Positions 26,376-35,657 of a stretch of 60,918 nucleotides of DNA are shown here, piece after piece. Under the pieces are notes generated by a model. That model was not told the DNA's origin and searched no databases. It saw only the letters and a list, made by a program, of their open reading frames with translations. A program made the translations under genes and the position numbers. The stretch is from the IMG/VR virus record IMGVR_UViG_3300032242_001271, positions 1 to 60,918 of that record, one strand, 5' to 3'. This stretch comes from a virus (lineage: Duplodnaviria > Caudoviricetes). How positions within the stretch are numbered: the stretch's first letter is position 1; every line of letters starts with the position of its first letter.

Positions 26376-26875
26376 TAAATATTACTCCATTTTTTGCGAT
26401 TAATAATGTCACTAATATGACCGGCTGATTTTCCATATTTATTAGCAATCTCTTGCATCGTTTTCCCTTGTTGATACATACCTCTTATGCTTTGCACTTC
26501 TTCCTTAGTTAATCTATCGCTATATGTTCTTGTATTTTCAAGTTTTATTAGCATCTCATCCATCTCTTTTAATTTAATACTAGATAGATATGGTCTTAGC
26601 TTATTACATACTAATCTAATCTTTTCAGCCCCGCCACAACCGTAGTACCACATATCTTTATGAGGAGGTCTACTATAGGGGCCATTTATATATCCAGATC
26701 CTACGGCATTCATAAACCTTTTCAAAACTTCTGGATGTGCTTGACTAATCCCAATATTTGGATAAAATTTACTGCTAGACCCATTTGTCTTTCCTGTCCT
26801 AAAACATCCTTCTCCATCAAAAAATCCAGCAGCCCATGCTAACTCTATTTCTTTTTGGTGTGTAAATTCAGGCAA
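26375..26875 (-). mobile_element. Free-standing LAGLIDADG homing endonuclease with C-terminal HTH
   Basis: LAWAAGFFDGEGCF motif; TMQEIANKYGKSAGHISDII HTH; A-rich codon usage unlike dnaE. Confidence 0.85.
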
Positions 26876-26877
26876 GA

Positions 26878-27081
26878 TTATTTCCCTGTAGATTCGATAC
26901 GGCCAACGATAAGAACTTCATTTGCAGACCAAGCATTATCTTCATCACGAACAAGATCACGAATATGCTCGATATAGCTTTCTTCATTACTATCTGGATT
27001 TTCTTCCATCCACTTAGTAATATCTACCTCTGAGTAAACGAACTCACAGATCTGAATTCTTTCAAATATAACGGTTTTCAT
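26878..27081 (-). CDS. Hypothetical protein
   Basis: 67 aa, GAGGAG RBS. Confidence 0.6.
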   Translation of the reverse strand: MKTVIFERIQICEFVYSEVDITKWMEENPDSNEESYIEHIRDLVRDEDNAWSANEVLIVGRIESTGK

Positions 27082-27547
27082 TTTGGCTCCTCAAGTTTTC
27101 AGTAAAGATATCAACCTTAATCCCCGACTTAGCAAGAAGATTTAAAGAATCTCCTACAAGATAAAGGCTTGATGCAACAACCCTCTTGATTCCGGCGTTG
27201 ACTAAATGTCTAGCACAAAAAACACAAGGAGTGGTGGTTAAATATATTGTAGCGCCATTAGTGCTCACACCATTCATGGCTGCAGCGATAATAGCATTTA
27301 GTTCTGCATGGATAGCATTACACTTATCCCAATCTTTGCCTTTTTCTCTAGTTAGACAAAGTTCAGTGCAATGCTCTGCACCTCTAGCAGCACCATTATA
27401 GCCTAACGAAACAACCTGCTTTGTCTCAGGATTAACAATGACTGCCCCGACCTTTCGGCTAGGGCAGCTAGATCGCAAGGATGCAGTATCCGCTAGTTTT
27501 AGAAAATATTCATCCCATGTAGGACGATCAAGAATAAGATTACTCAT
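27062..27547 (-). CDS. dCMP deaminase (ComEB/dCD family)
   Basis: RPTWDEYF, HAELNA, PCVFC. Confidence 0.9.
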   Translation of the reverse strand: MSNLILDRPTWDEYFLKLADTASLRSSCPSRKVGAVIVNPETKQVVSLGYNGAARGAEHCTELCLTREKGKDWDKCNAIHAELNAIIAAAMNGVSTNGATIYLTTTPCVFCARHLVNAGIKRVVASSLYLVGDSLNLLAKSGIKVDIFTENLRSQNENRYI

Positions 27548-27909
27548 AATTTCTCCACAACAAAAGTAGGGACTTCTTTATACTTAAGTGCTCTATGGAC
27601 CTCATACTTATCATAACCAAATAAAAATGCTAAATCAGGTTTTGATTCTTTGACAATAGAATTACCTATGCCCTCTACATCATCACCAGACCAATGTTTT
27701 ATTACCCATCCAAGATCAAAGCAATTTTTGATAGAATGTCCGGGCCATACTTTGCTAATCCATTCTTCAACAATAGTTGATATATAACCTTCACCATAAA
27801 AAATAATACTCAAAGAATCTTTATGGCTGCTATATAATCCATCAAGAAATGTAGTGACAGCAATAGCATTAATTTTAGCTGAATCAGATCCTGCGATTAA
27901 GACCCTCAT
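27544..27909 (-). CDS. Divergent SLOG/YspA-like protein
   Basis: MRVLIAGS...GNSIVKESKPDLAFLF; Rossmannoid pattern. Confidence 0.5.
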   Translation of the reverse strand: MRVLIAGSDSAKINAIAVTTFLDGLYSSHKDSLSIIFYGEGYISTIVEEWISKVWPGHSIKNCFDLGWVIKHWSGDDVEGIGNSIVKESKPDLAFLFGYDKYEVHRALKYKEVPTFVVEKL

Positions 27910-28433
27910 GCAAGTTTGATATCCCAAAGAGATTTAATTCGAATTTTAGGATCAATATCTGCTGACTGATTATATGGGCGATCCATTAAGTATGCATTTA
28001 TACCAGCATCATATGCTGCCTGAGCAATCTCAGCATCATCATCTACAAATACATCAAGATGAAGTTGTACTAGAAATTCTACTTTATTTTTCTGAAATAC
28101 TATAAAATCAGCTGGAATATCCCAATCCATAAACCATCCCCAAGTTACTGGAGACATAATCTCAGGACGAGCAGTAAGATACATTATGTCATAGAAAGAA
28201 CTATGATAGTTAGCCCAATACCATGCATCCTCAAAAGGGATGGCATTTTTATATAGAATCTCATTATTTAAGCAATCTTCAATAATGCTTGGATCGATGT
28301 CATTGTATACATCAAACCAAGAGCTACTCTTCCAACTACTTACGTCTTTTGATTCATTATTACTTTTCTCAATTAAAAAATTTAGTTCATTAAATGGATT
28401 AGCAACAACACCATCAATATCAAGTACAATCAC
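27906..28433 (-). CDS. HAD-superfamily 5'-nucleotidase
   Basis: LDIDGV, LTAR, FVDD, RPYN; GTG start after AAGGA. Confidence 0.85.
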   Translation of the reverse strand: MIVLDIDGVVANPFNELNFLIEKSNNESKDVSSWKSSSWFDVYNDIDPSIIEDCLNNEILYKNAIPFEDAWYWANYHSSFYDIMYLTARPEIMSPVTWGWFMDWDIPADFIVFQKNKVEFLVQLHLDVFVDDDAEIAQAAYDAGINAYLMDRPYNQSADIDPKIRIKSLWDIKLA

Positions 28434-28460
28434 GTTTAGTATTAATCCTTTATAGAGAAG

Positions 28461-28486
28461 TGGTGGGGGACAAAAGCCCCCCACCA
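28461..28486 (-). terminator. Hairpin/terminator after ssb
   Basis: tggtggggg...cccccacca stem; weak U tail. Confidence 0.65.
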
Positions 28487-28493
28487 AAATAAC

Positions 28494-29159
28494 TCAGGCC
28501 CAAGCGCTCGAACCGGAATTATCATCTTCAGCAATGTAAAAGCCAGCCTGCTCTGCAGGACTCATAAGCTTGTAGGTCTTGGTAAGATCATGCATAGGAA
28601 GATCTGCAATATTTGCGTTAGCTTCCTTAGGTGCAAGAGGAATCAAGTTATACTTAGTCTGCTGCTTCTGACCAGTACGAGAAATCTTGAAGTCACGATC
28701 CATGATCGTTCCATATTCTCCCGCATAAGTCACAACAGTCTCAGCGACGTGAGCGCCAGTAAACTTCTGATCAAGAATGCGAGGCTCCCAAACCTCAGTA
28801 TCAGCATTGAATACTGCAACATTAATGAGAAGATGTTGCTTAGCCTTCCAGCCACGATCATGAACAACCTGTTCACAACCGAAGCAGCGGTATCCATAAG
28901 TCTCATTGTCTCCAGTACAAACGCCACTCTTCTTGAAGTCGTTGGGATTTGTATGAACAGAAACAACGTGGGCAACGCCCTCTGACTCTACGAAGTTTGC
29001 AGAATCTTCCGTAAGTTCCTGACGGAAACGAATGAGATATGATTCTCCTGACTTGATGGTGAAGAACCTAGAGATTCTCTCGCCATCTCCAGCAATGGAG
29101 CCACCCTTGTTATCAATAGTGTTCTTCTTGAGATCACTAAGTGTCTTAAACATACTCAT
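28494..29159 (-). CDS. Single-stranded DNA-binding protein (gp32-like)
   Basis: RFF...IRF, C..C Zn motif, FKISRTG..TKY, acidic/aromatic tail; next to primase. Confidence 0.75.
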   Translation of the reverse strand: MSMFKTLSDLKKNTIDNKGGSIAGDGERISRFFTIKSGESYLIRFRQELTEDSANFVESEGVAHVVSVHTNPNDFKKSGVCTGDNETYGYRCFGCEQVVHDRGWKAKQHLLINVAVFNADTEVWEPRILDQKFTGAHVAETVVTYAGEYGTIMDRDFKISRTGQKQQTKYNLIPLAPKEANANIADLPMHDLTKTYKLMSPAEQAGFYIAEDDNSGSSAWA

Positions 29160-29224
29160 TTTATTACCTTTATCTTTCTACGTTATAAACGTCTATTTTG
29201 ATGTAATCAAACGCACTCAGGCGT

Positions 29225-29407
29225 TCAACCATTATACCACCGATCCACCATCTCGGAAACCTCCAATTTGGCGAACCCTTCCAGAACTTCCTCAAGCAAA
29301 GAAATCTCCTTGGCATTGAGGAGCACTGAGTTTGACATAGAACCATCCATAAAGTCAAGCTGGAAAACGTCCTCAGTCAGATGTGTCAGTCGAAAATACA
29401 TTATCAA
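29225..29407 (-). CDS. Hypothetical protein
   Basis: 60 aa between primase and ssb. Confidence 0.5.
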   Translation of the reverse strand: MIMYFRLTHLTEDVFQLDFMDGSMSNSVLLNAKEISLLEEVLEGFAKLEVSEMVDRWYNG

Positions 29408-30299
29408 AACTCCAAGTGAAATAGTCTATAGATTGAAGGATATGTTCAGATATTTCTTCTTCAGTCATATCCCCCGGATCTTTTACATTAGGGTTATTAA
29501 ATTTTACTATTCTAAGATTCTTGTCATACAAATTCTTTATGATCTCAGATCTCATCGCATCTCCGGCAGAGTCATTATCTGAAAAGATAATAAGACTATC
29601 GAAATACAAAGATAATTTCTCAATATGCTCTTTTGTAATAGTTGCTCCAAGAGAAGAAACAACATTTGGGAATCCAGATTGATGAACCTTCATCGCATCT
29701 AGACTGCCCTCTACAACTACACAAGAATCATATCTCTTAGCATTATTAAGATTAAAAAGAATGTTCTTCCTAGGAAATCCTTTTGAGTAAAGATACTTAG
29801 GCTGAACATCGGGAGATATAGCTCTACCAATAAATCCAATTACTCTATGCTTTTCATTTCTCGCCGGAATAACTATACGACCCTTAGTATCTGAGAAACA
29901 GACACCAAAATATTCAAGTGTATCTATGCTAAACCCACGATCAATAAGATATTGAAGTTTATGAGATTCATTTTCATAGTCAACTTGGATAAGACTCAAA
30001 GTCTCATCCCATGAATTATCGACAGCCTCTTTATATTCTTTAAGATTCTCTTCAATTTGATCGATAGAGTAATCCTTAACTATATTGCCTTTATCACCAA
30101 AGAAAGTCATAAGATCACGAAGTGATCCAGTCTTTCCGCATGATGGATTAAAACAAATCCAAAGGCCAGTCCTCTTATTAATATAAAAGGCTGGAGTATC
30201 CATATTATTATGGAATGGGCAATAGCAGGCTAACTCTGCGCCGTCATCACGCATAACCTGCATTCCCTTAGACTCAATATAGTTAAGAATATCAACCAT
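29373..30299 (-). CDS. dnaG: DNA primase (CHC2 zinc finger + TOPRIM)
   Basis: CPFH...CFNPSC; VVEGSLD; DNDSAG. Confidence 0.92.
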   Translation of the reverse strand: MVDILNYIESKGMQVMRDDGAELACYCPFHNNMDTPAFYINKRTGLWICFNPSCGKTGSLRDLMTFFGDKGNIVKDYSIDQIEENLKEYKEAVDNSWDETLSLIQVDYENESHKLQYLIDRGFSIDTLEYFGVCFSDTKGRIVIPARNEKHRVIGFIGRAISPDVQPKYLYSKGFPRKNILFNLNNAKRYDSCVVVEGSLDAMKVHQSGFPNVVSSLGATITKEHIEKLSLYFDSLIIFSDNDSAGDAMRSEIIKNLYDKNLRIVKFNNPNVKDPGDMTEEEISEHILQSIDYFTWSFDNVFSTDTSD

Positions 30300-30492
30300 A
30301 AAATTCGATCTTAAAGTTAAAATTGCCCTTATCGTTCATATCCCAAGTGACATTAGTCTTCTTGAAATGCTTACGAAGATCATCTCGAACATACTGTTCA
30401 ATCTGAGGGCGAATACGAATGATAGCCTCTTGATCTAAAGCTTCCCCTTCAATAATATAAAAGGGCTTCTTATTCCATCGCTTCGTGCTCAT
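30292..30492 (-). CDS. Hypothetical protein between helicase and primase
   Basis: Start trimmed to MSTKRW with GGAAGG RBS. Confidence 0.6.
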   Translation of the reverse strand: MSTKRWNKKPFYIIEGEALDQEAIIRIRPQIEQYVRDDLRKHFKKTNVTWDMNDKGNFNFKIEFYG

Positions 30493-31696
30493 AAATTTCC
30501 TTCCATTCACCTGAGTCAAGATTCCAACGAAGATAGAACGCAAAAGGCGCACACCTTCTAGTTTTACGAGTTACAACCTGAAAAATATCACTGCCCATAG
30601 ACCTATGAACAGCAAGAACCATATCTGCATCATATGAAAGCTGCTTACTCCAAGCAATTTCGCTAAGTTCTGGTGGACGTTCATCGTGTCCATCATCCAT
30701 AGTGACGCCGGAAACATCAATGACAGGAACCCTGTTCCTGACAGCAATTCTCTTGAAAGCCTTAGAAAGATTCTTTGCACGTTCAGTTTCTGATCCACCC
30801 TTATTGGCATCATCAAAAAGAGTATGATAATCAAGAATCACAAGATCAGGCTTATATTGCTCAATCTTAGATTGAACAAAGTGTTGATCAGCAGTCTCAA
30901 TTCCATCTGAAGTAACAAGATGAATCGGAGGCTTACCGTCGAACATTTCCTTGGCCCAACCTTCATAATCATTCATATCAATACCCTTGCCATTAGTAAG
31001 CTGAGTATTAGTAAATACCTGTCCAGCATTAAGGATAGTATCCATGCGAAATTCTTCTTGAAGTCTATCCATCTCAAGCGAGATGATCAGAGGAACATAA
31101 CCAGCACGCCAAGCATTAGCAGCCATAAGGCGTGTCAATGCAGACTTACCGACACCAGTCCATCCAATAACGACAACAAAGTCGCCGGGTTGAAAGCCAC
31201 CGAAATGGGCATCAATAACCTTGATACCACTAGTGACACCAACAATACGATGATCAGGATTTTCGATACGATCCTTGAGGATAGATGCTCTCTCAGTATA
31301 ATCAGCAATATTCGAGTCCTTAAGCCTGCCGGATTCACGAATAAGTTGTGCTGATTCATTCTGCATAAGAGTAAGAATCTTCGCAGGATCTTCGCCAGAC
31401 TTAAGCGCCTCAGAAGCCTTAAATAAAGCAGTGCGAACACCACGATTAAGACTCTGCTTCTTAGCATCATCAATATAGAATTGAACTGGAGACTCGGCAG
31501 TATAGAAATGAAAGTCCTTAAAGTTAGTCTTAATGACATCCTTAGAAGGTGACTGTCCATATTCCGTATTAAACTGAACAATAAAGTTCCATACATCAGA
31601 GTACTCTGAGAATACATAATCAACATTCTGATCAATACAGGGAGTCAAATCCCCGGTATTGAGAATGCTATTCAATAGATTAAGCTCATAGTTCAT
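30470..31696 (-). CDS. dnaB: DnaB-like replicative helicase
   Basis: GWTGVGKS, ISLEM, ILDY, YDADMV. Confidence 0.92.
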   Translation of the reverse strand: MNYELNLLNSILNTGDLTPCIDQNVDYVFSEYSDVWNFIVQFNTEYGQSPSKDVIKTNFKDFHFYTAESPVQFYIDDAKKQSLNRGVRTALFKASEALKSGEDPAKILTLMQNESAQLIRESGRLKDSNIADYTERASILKDRIENPDHRIVGVTSGIKVIDAHFGGFQPGDFVVVIGWTGVGKSALTRLMAANAWRAGYVPLIISLEMDRLQEEFRMDTILNAGQVFTNTQLTNGKGIDMNDYEGWAKEMFDGKPPIHLVTSDGIETADQHFVQSKIEQYKPDLVILDYHTLFDDANKGGSETERAKNLSKAFKRIAVRNRVPVIDVSGVTMDDGHDERPPELSEIAWSKQLSYDADMVLAVHRSMGSDIFQVVTRKTRRCAPFAFYLRWNLDSGEWKEIYEHEAME

Positions 31697-32009
31697 CGAA
31701 AATACGCATCCTTTCCTCAGTCTCTTTCACAAGTTTATTAAATTCTTGCTTAGACTTTTGACGATCAACAATCTTCTCCCGAATCTTACTTGACTCCATA
31801 GCAAAGTCATATACAAGAATTGGGTCAGGACTGCTTTTCACAAAATCGACAATACAATCTTCGAGAATTTGAAAAGTAAAGTATTTATTATAGTAGTTGA
31901 GCAGACTCTCAAGAATCTTATCTTGACGAGGCTCAGGGATGAATAGTTTTGCGTGTTCTTCGCACGACTTCTGAAATATAAGTAGAACTGTCTCTGAAGT
32001 TTCCTTCAT
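31686..32009 (-). CDS. Hypothetical protein upstream of helicase
   Basis: Start trimmed to MKETSE. Confidence 0.6.
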   Translation of the reverse strand: MKETSETVLLIFQKSCEEHAKLFIPEPRQDKILESLLNYYNKYFTFQILEDCIVDFVKSSPDPILVYDFAMESSKIREKIVDRQKSKQEFNKLVKETEERMRIFDEL

Positions 32010-32244
32010 GACTATTGTCCACCCTCTTCCATTGCAATAAGAGCCTGTCATACTTTGACAGACCAGCGGATATAAATGTACCGTCAGATTCGGCGTTTGA
32101 AATAATGCACTCTACCTGAACTTCGCATTGATCGCAAATCGACTTTGACTCACTTACATCATCAATATGAAAAGATGTAAATTTCTTATCAAACTTGCAA
32201 AGAGCTTTTCTAGTCCAATGTATATTAGCAAGATTTCTGGCCAT
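31933..32244 (-). CDS. Divergent WhiB-like protein
   Basis: WTRKALC...KSICDQCEVQVEC; FISAG in place of GVWGG, then LSKYDR. Confidence 0.7.
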   Translation of the reverse strand: MARNLANIHWTRKALCKFDKKFTSFHIDDVSESKSICDQCEVQVECIISNAESDGTFISAGLSKYDRLLLQWKRVDNSHEGNFRDSSTYISEVVRRTRKTIHP

Positions 32245-32252
32245 AAATAATA

Positions 32253-32480
32253 TTAGCCTTCAGCCAAGCCACGATCAGCTTCAAGAAGTTGCTCTTCAAT
32301 CTGAGCTTGAATCTCAGTCCAAAGATCCTTCCAAACCTCCTGCTTATCAGCAAAAGGCTCAACATCAATTCTGGCACCAGCATCAATACGAAGACTCTCA
32401 TAATTTCCAAGATTCTTTGTGATGCCCACTGAACACCAGATCGAGTTATTATTATCCTTTGTAGGATTTAAATTAGCCAT
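32253..32480 (-). CDS. Conserved phage protein
   Basis: VGITKNLGNYESLRIDAG motif. Confidence 0.75.
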   Translation of the reverse strand: MANLNPTKDNNNSIWCSVGITKNLGNYESLRIDAGARIDVEPFADKQEVWKDLWTEIQAQIEEQLLEADRGLAEG

Positions 32481-32934
32481 TACTTTCCTTTATATATCTA
32501 GAATCAAGAATTTTCTTGATTTCTTTTTTATTTATACCAGCTAAATTAGTTACTGCAGGTCTACCCACAGGCTTCCTTCTATCAAAGAACTCAATTAATT
32601 CTTCAACATTACTAGAAGTATACACCCTCGTAAGCCGACTATTGCCAAAACCAAGAGATATTCTCCTAATTTCCGAAATAAGTCCTGACTGCTCATACTT
32701 GCGGAGTGTAGCAGGCTTCTTCCCCAACATCCTCGCGACCTCCCCAATCCGGTATGCTGGAGCCAGAATTGCTGGGGCGGTAGCATAGTCGATCGCTTGG
32801 TTGCTATGAGAGTGGTAATTATGAACTATGACACTATTACGCATCCAGTTTATCTTTACCACCCTCACAACATCACCACTAGGAAGAAAGTATAGCTTTC
32901 CAGTTTTTATCTTAGAAAACTTAGATTCACTCAT
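32473..32934 (-). CDS. MerR-type HTH DNA-binding protein
   Basis: YRIGEVARMLGKKPATLRKYEQSGLI...RVYT. Confidence 0.85.
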   Translation of the reverse strand: MSESKFSKIKTGKLYFLPSGDVVRVVKINWMRNSVIVHNYHSHSNQAIDYATAPAILAPAYRIGEVARMLGKKPATLRKYEQSGLISEIRRISLGFGNSRLTRVYTSSNVEELIEFFDRRKPVGRPAVTNLAGINKKEIKKILDSRYIKESNG

Positions 32935-33107
32935 TTTTTCTTAACTGCTGAATCAAGTTTCTTTTTAAAAACTGCCCATTCTTTAGCCTTTATATAGGCT
33001 TTATGAGAACACTGATAGCACCCTATTTGGACTATCTTATTGTTATCCTCATCATAGTAGACTTCTTCTTCATGAAGAAATCCCCCACATTTTTTGCATT
33101 TAAGCAT
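32931..33107 (-). CDS. 58-aa zinc-ribbon protein (not in ORF track)
   Basis: MLKCKKCGG...CYQCSH; ATGA overlap. Confidence 0.7.
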   Translation of the reverse strand: MLKCKKCGGFLHEEEVYYDEDNNKIVQIGCYQCSHKAYIKAKEWAVFKKKLDSAVKKK

Positions 33108-33423
33108 TCGGCGTCACCGCCTTGCCTGCACCTACACCTACATTCTCAAGCTTAGCATTCAATGCTGTGCCACCAAAGTACTGGCCATAAAAAACTTGAG
33201 CTACAGTGAAGATAACTGCAAGATTTGCTACAAGAACCTTCCAATCCGAAAGATTCACACCCTTGTCAACAACTGTAATTCCTACAGCAACAAGGATAGA
33301 AGTTCCAAGAGCGACTGCCTGCTTAACCTTCATTGACCAAGTTACATTCTTGAGAAATGAGACAAGGACAGGAACGAAAAGACCAGCGAGTGCTGCTACT
33401 CCAATATTACCCATATTATTCAC
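33100..33423 (-). CDS. Putative holin
   Basis: 107 aa, three hydrophobic helices, AGGAGG RBS. Confidence 0.65.
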   Translation of the reverse strand: MNNMGNIGVAALAGLFVPVLVSFLKNVTWSMKVKQAVALGTSILVAVGITVVDKGVNLSDWKVLVANLAVIFTVAQVFYGQYFGGTALNAKLENVGVGAGKAVTPNA

Positions 33424-33427
33424 CTCC

Positions 33428-34666
33428 TTAGATTATTTCTAAATCACGATAAGGTCTATCAGTATCGTCAATGACGAACGTGAGAGTACCCGGACGAGAA
33501 TCTACGCCCGTCAAATCCTTAAACCATTCACTACCACCATCCATAGCAGGACACTGCATATGAATGCGGTCATTGTCATGTTCAATGATAGAAAAATGAT
33601 GATAGTGGCCTGTAATCAAAATATCAACATAACCAATAGGATTATTCGAGAAATTCTGAGACTTCCACCACTCCTTGATCTTCTTCTGAGGATCAGAACC
33701 GTTGCTGGTAACGTGCCCATGAGTAAAGCCAAGATACTTACCATTAGACTCAACAATCATTGATATTTCATCCTCAGGTAAAGAAAACCTTACATGACCA
33801 TAAGCTTCAGGGTTAGATGAAAGAATCTCCGCAACCATTTCGAATGCAGCAACATCGTCGTTATCTCCGCGAGTTGTGAAAGCCTTACCAGAAGCATTAC
33901 GATTTTCACCGTGATTACCGGGGACAGCAACAACAATTACCTCATTGAACATCTTAGCCCAAGTAGTAATAGCCTTAGTCAAAAGACGACGAAGTACTCT
34001 AATCTGCTGTCTGCGGTTAAGTTCAACAGTAAACGTCTGAGAAGCATAATGTCCTTCGCAGTTCTCAACCATATCACCAATACCAGCAATAACAAGTGTC
34101 TTCATCTTTCTACCCGACTTTTGAAGTTCACGAATACGCTCAGAAACTCCATCAATCATAGTCAGAATACGCTTAATAGTGCCATCAGTGCCATCACCAT
34201 CAGCCTTACCCAACTGCCAGTCAGAAAGACAGACAACAAATGTAGAGTTACCGCCCGTAGTCTTTTCAGACATTGGGCGATGCTTCTTGATAAGGTTGAC
34301 AAGTTCACGATAATCTTCATCACGATACTGAGTATTGCGCTTAGCTCTGACACCGACTTTATATGAGTAAAGTCTCTTAGTCTCGCCTTCGCCAGCATTA
34401 GCATCCCATGAAGAAATCTTTACAGGCTCAATAACCTCATAAAGTTCAGGGTCATAACCAAGTTCAGTGAGAAGTTCATCCCAATCACGAACAGGCTCTG
34501 AGTAAACTTCAGAAGTAACCTGAACCTCTTCGCCATCCCAATCAACGCTAGGCTTAAGAGCCGCGGGAACCTTGACGGAAAGATCCTTCTTCGGAGGAAC
34601 ATATTGCCCCTCATCCATATTAGGAAGATTAAGATTTCCATCTTCCTCAGACTTAAAATGTTTCAT
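33428..34666 (-). CDS. Calcineurin-like metallophosphoesterase (Mre11-like)
   Basis: SDWQ, GDMVE, GNHG, HGH, GHYH motifs. Confidence 0.85.
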   Translation of the reverse strand: MKHFKSEEDGNLNLPNMDEGQYVPPKKDLSVKVPAALKPSVDWDGEEVQVTSEVYSEPVRDWDELLTELGYDPELYEVIEPVKISSWDANAGEGETKRLYSYKVGVRAKRNTQYRDEDYRELVNLIKKHRPMSEKTTGGNSTFVVCLSDWQLGKADGDGTDGTIKRILTMIDGVSERIRELQKSGRKMKTLVIAGIGDMVENCEGHYASQTFTVELNRRQQIRVLRRLLTKAITTWAKMFNEVIVVAVPGNHGENRNASGKAFTTRGDNDDVAAFEMVAEILSSNPEAYGHVRFSLPEDEISMIVESNGKYLGFTHGHVTSNGSDPQKKIKEWWKSQNFSNNPIGYVDILITGHYHHFSIIEHDNDRIHMQCPAMDGGSEWFKDLTGVDSRPGTLTFVIDDTDRPYRDLEII

Positions 34667-35121
34667 TTATTTTCGCCTTCCAAGTGCGTAGCATCTAGTA
34701 TATCAGAAGAGTCCGGATTTTTTACAAACTTTCCGTTATTTCCTCTTTTTCTTGTTTTTGCTGCTTTTCTAGATCTCTCGCCGGTTTTTTGTCTACGCTC
34801 CTTGTCATACTTTTTTCCTTCACGATGGATAGAACTATGTTCTGGAACAGTAGTGAGATAGAAATTCTCCCAACGATTATCGATCTTTATTTCATTAATA
34901 TGATGAACAGTCTCCCAAGGTTGCAAAAATCTTCCCAAGATAGACTCCGCAACAAGACGATGTTCATATACATACCCAGCATTGCTATAAGGGTGCTTGG
35001 GCATCAATACTCTAATATATCCCTTATCATCAATATAACGTCCACCATTAAAATTTGGATTTCTACTTCCAATATTTTCTTTAGTCCAAGTTACATTATT
35101 GCGTCTAGAAGCAAGGCTCAT
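34663..35121 (-). CDS. HNH homing endonuclease
   Basis: EHRLVAE..LGR...VHHINEIKIDNRWENF. Confidence 0.85.
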   Translation of the reverse strand: MSLASRRNNVTWTKENIGSRNPNFNGGRYIDDKGYIRVLMPKHPYSNAGYVYEHRLVAESILGRFLQPWETVHHINEIKIDNRWENFYLTTVPEHSSIHREGKKYDKERRQKTGERSRKAAKTRKRGNNGKFVKNPDSSDILDATHLEGENK

Positions 35122-35648
35122 ACTGCTCCAGTAAATATACCTTCATCTCTAACAATAAGTTCACATCTACTTGATCGACCAATTTGGATAGAACTAGCAG
35201 CATTATTTGATACAAATTGAGCAGAAACTGTATGAGATCCGGCAGTCAATGCTGTAGTAGGAAACCAAGTATATACGATAGAAGGCTCATAGGAGCCTAC
35301 AGGAAGAACTGTAGAAGAAATGTCTGAGATAGGGACTGCATCAATAAGCAGTCCAAATCTAAGTTCAACTTGAGTAGAAGGTGAGTACAGACCTCCAGAC
35401 TGGAACTCAAAGCTAATAGCCCTTCCTGATTCTACAGTAAAAGAAATATTATTAAGACCAGAAACATCTTGCATAATACCTGTTGGATTTGAGTAAGTAG
35501 ATCCTGACACAGATCTCCAAGCAATAATACCTCTCGGCGCAGGCTCTGCTAGCTGTCTAACATAATCTTCATTAAGCATCATAGCATTAAGACGCTGGTA
35601 ATCTACAGGGACACCAAGACCCCACTGAACAAATTTAAATTCTGACAT
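35118..35648 (-). CDS. Minor tail/virion protein
   Basis: QWGLGVPVDYQRLNAM N-terminus; beta-rich; follows the tail-tip gene. Confidence 0.6.
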   Translation of the reverse strand: MSEFKFVQWGLGVPVDYQRLNAMMLNEDYVRQLAEPAPRGIIAWRSVSGSTYSNPTGIMQDVSGLNNISFTVESGRAISFEFQSGGLYSPSTQVELRFGLLIDAVPISDISSTVLPVGSYEPSIVYTWFPTTALTAGSHTVSAQFVSNNAASSIQIGRSSRCELIVRDEGIFTGAV

Positions 35649-35657
35649 AAAGACTCC

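Noticed and set aside
27906-28487. Track start giving an MVGGFCPPP N-terminal extension
   Set aside because: The extension translates a terminator hairpin; the GTG at 28433 with an RBS fits the HAD motif I position
14624-31696. Inteins or introns in TerL, RecA, DnaE or DnaB
   Set aside because: Lengths are normal and no C/S...HN splice motifs were seen; the LAGLIDADG ORF fills its interval, leaving no room for a group I intron core
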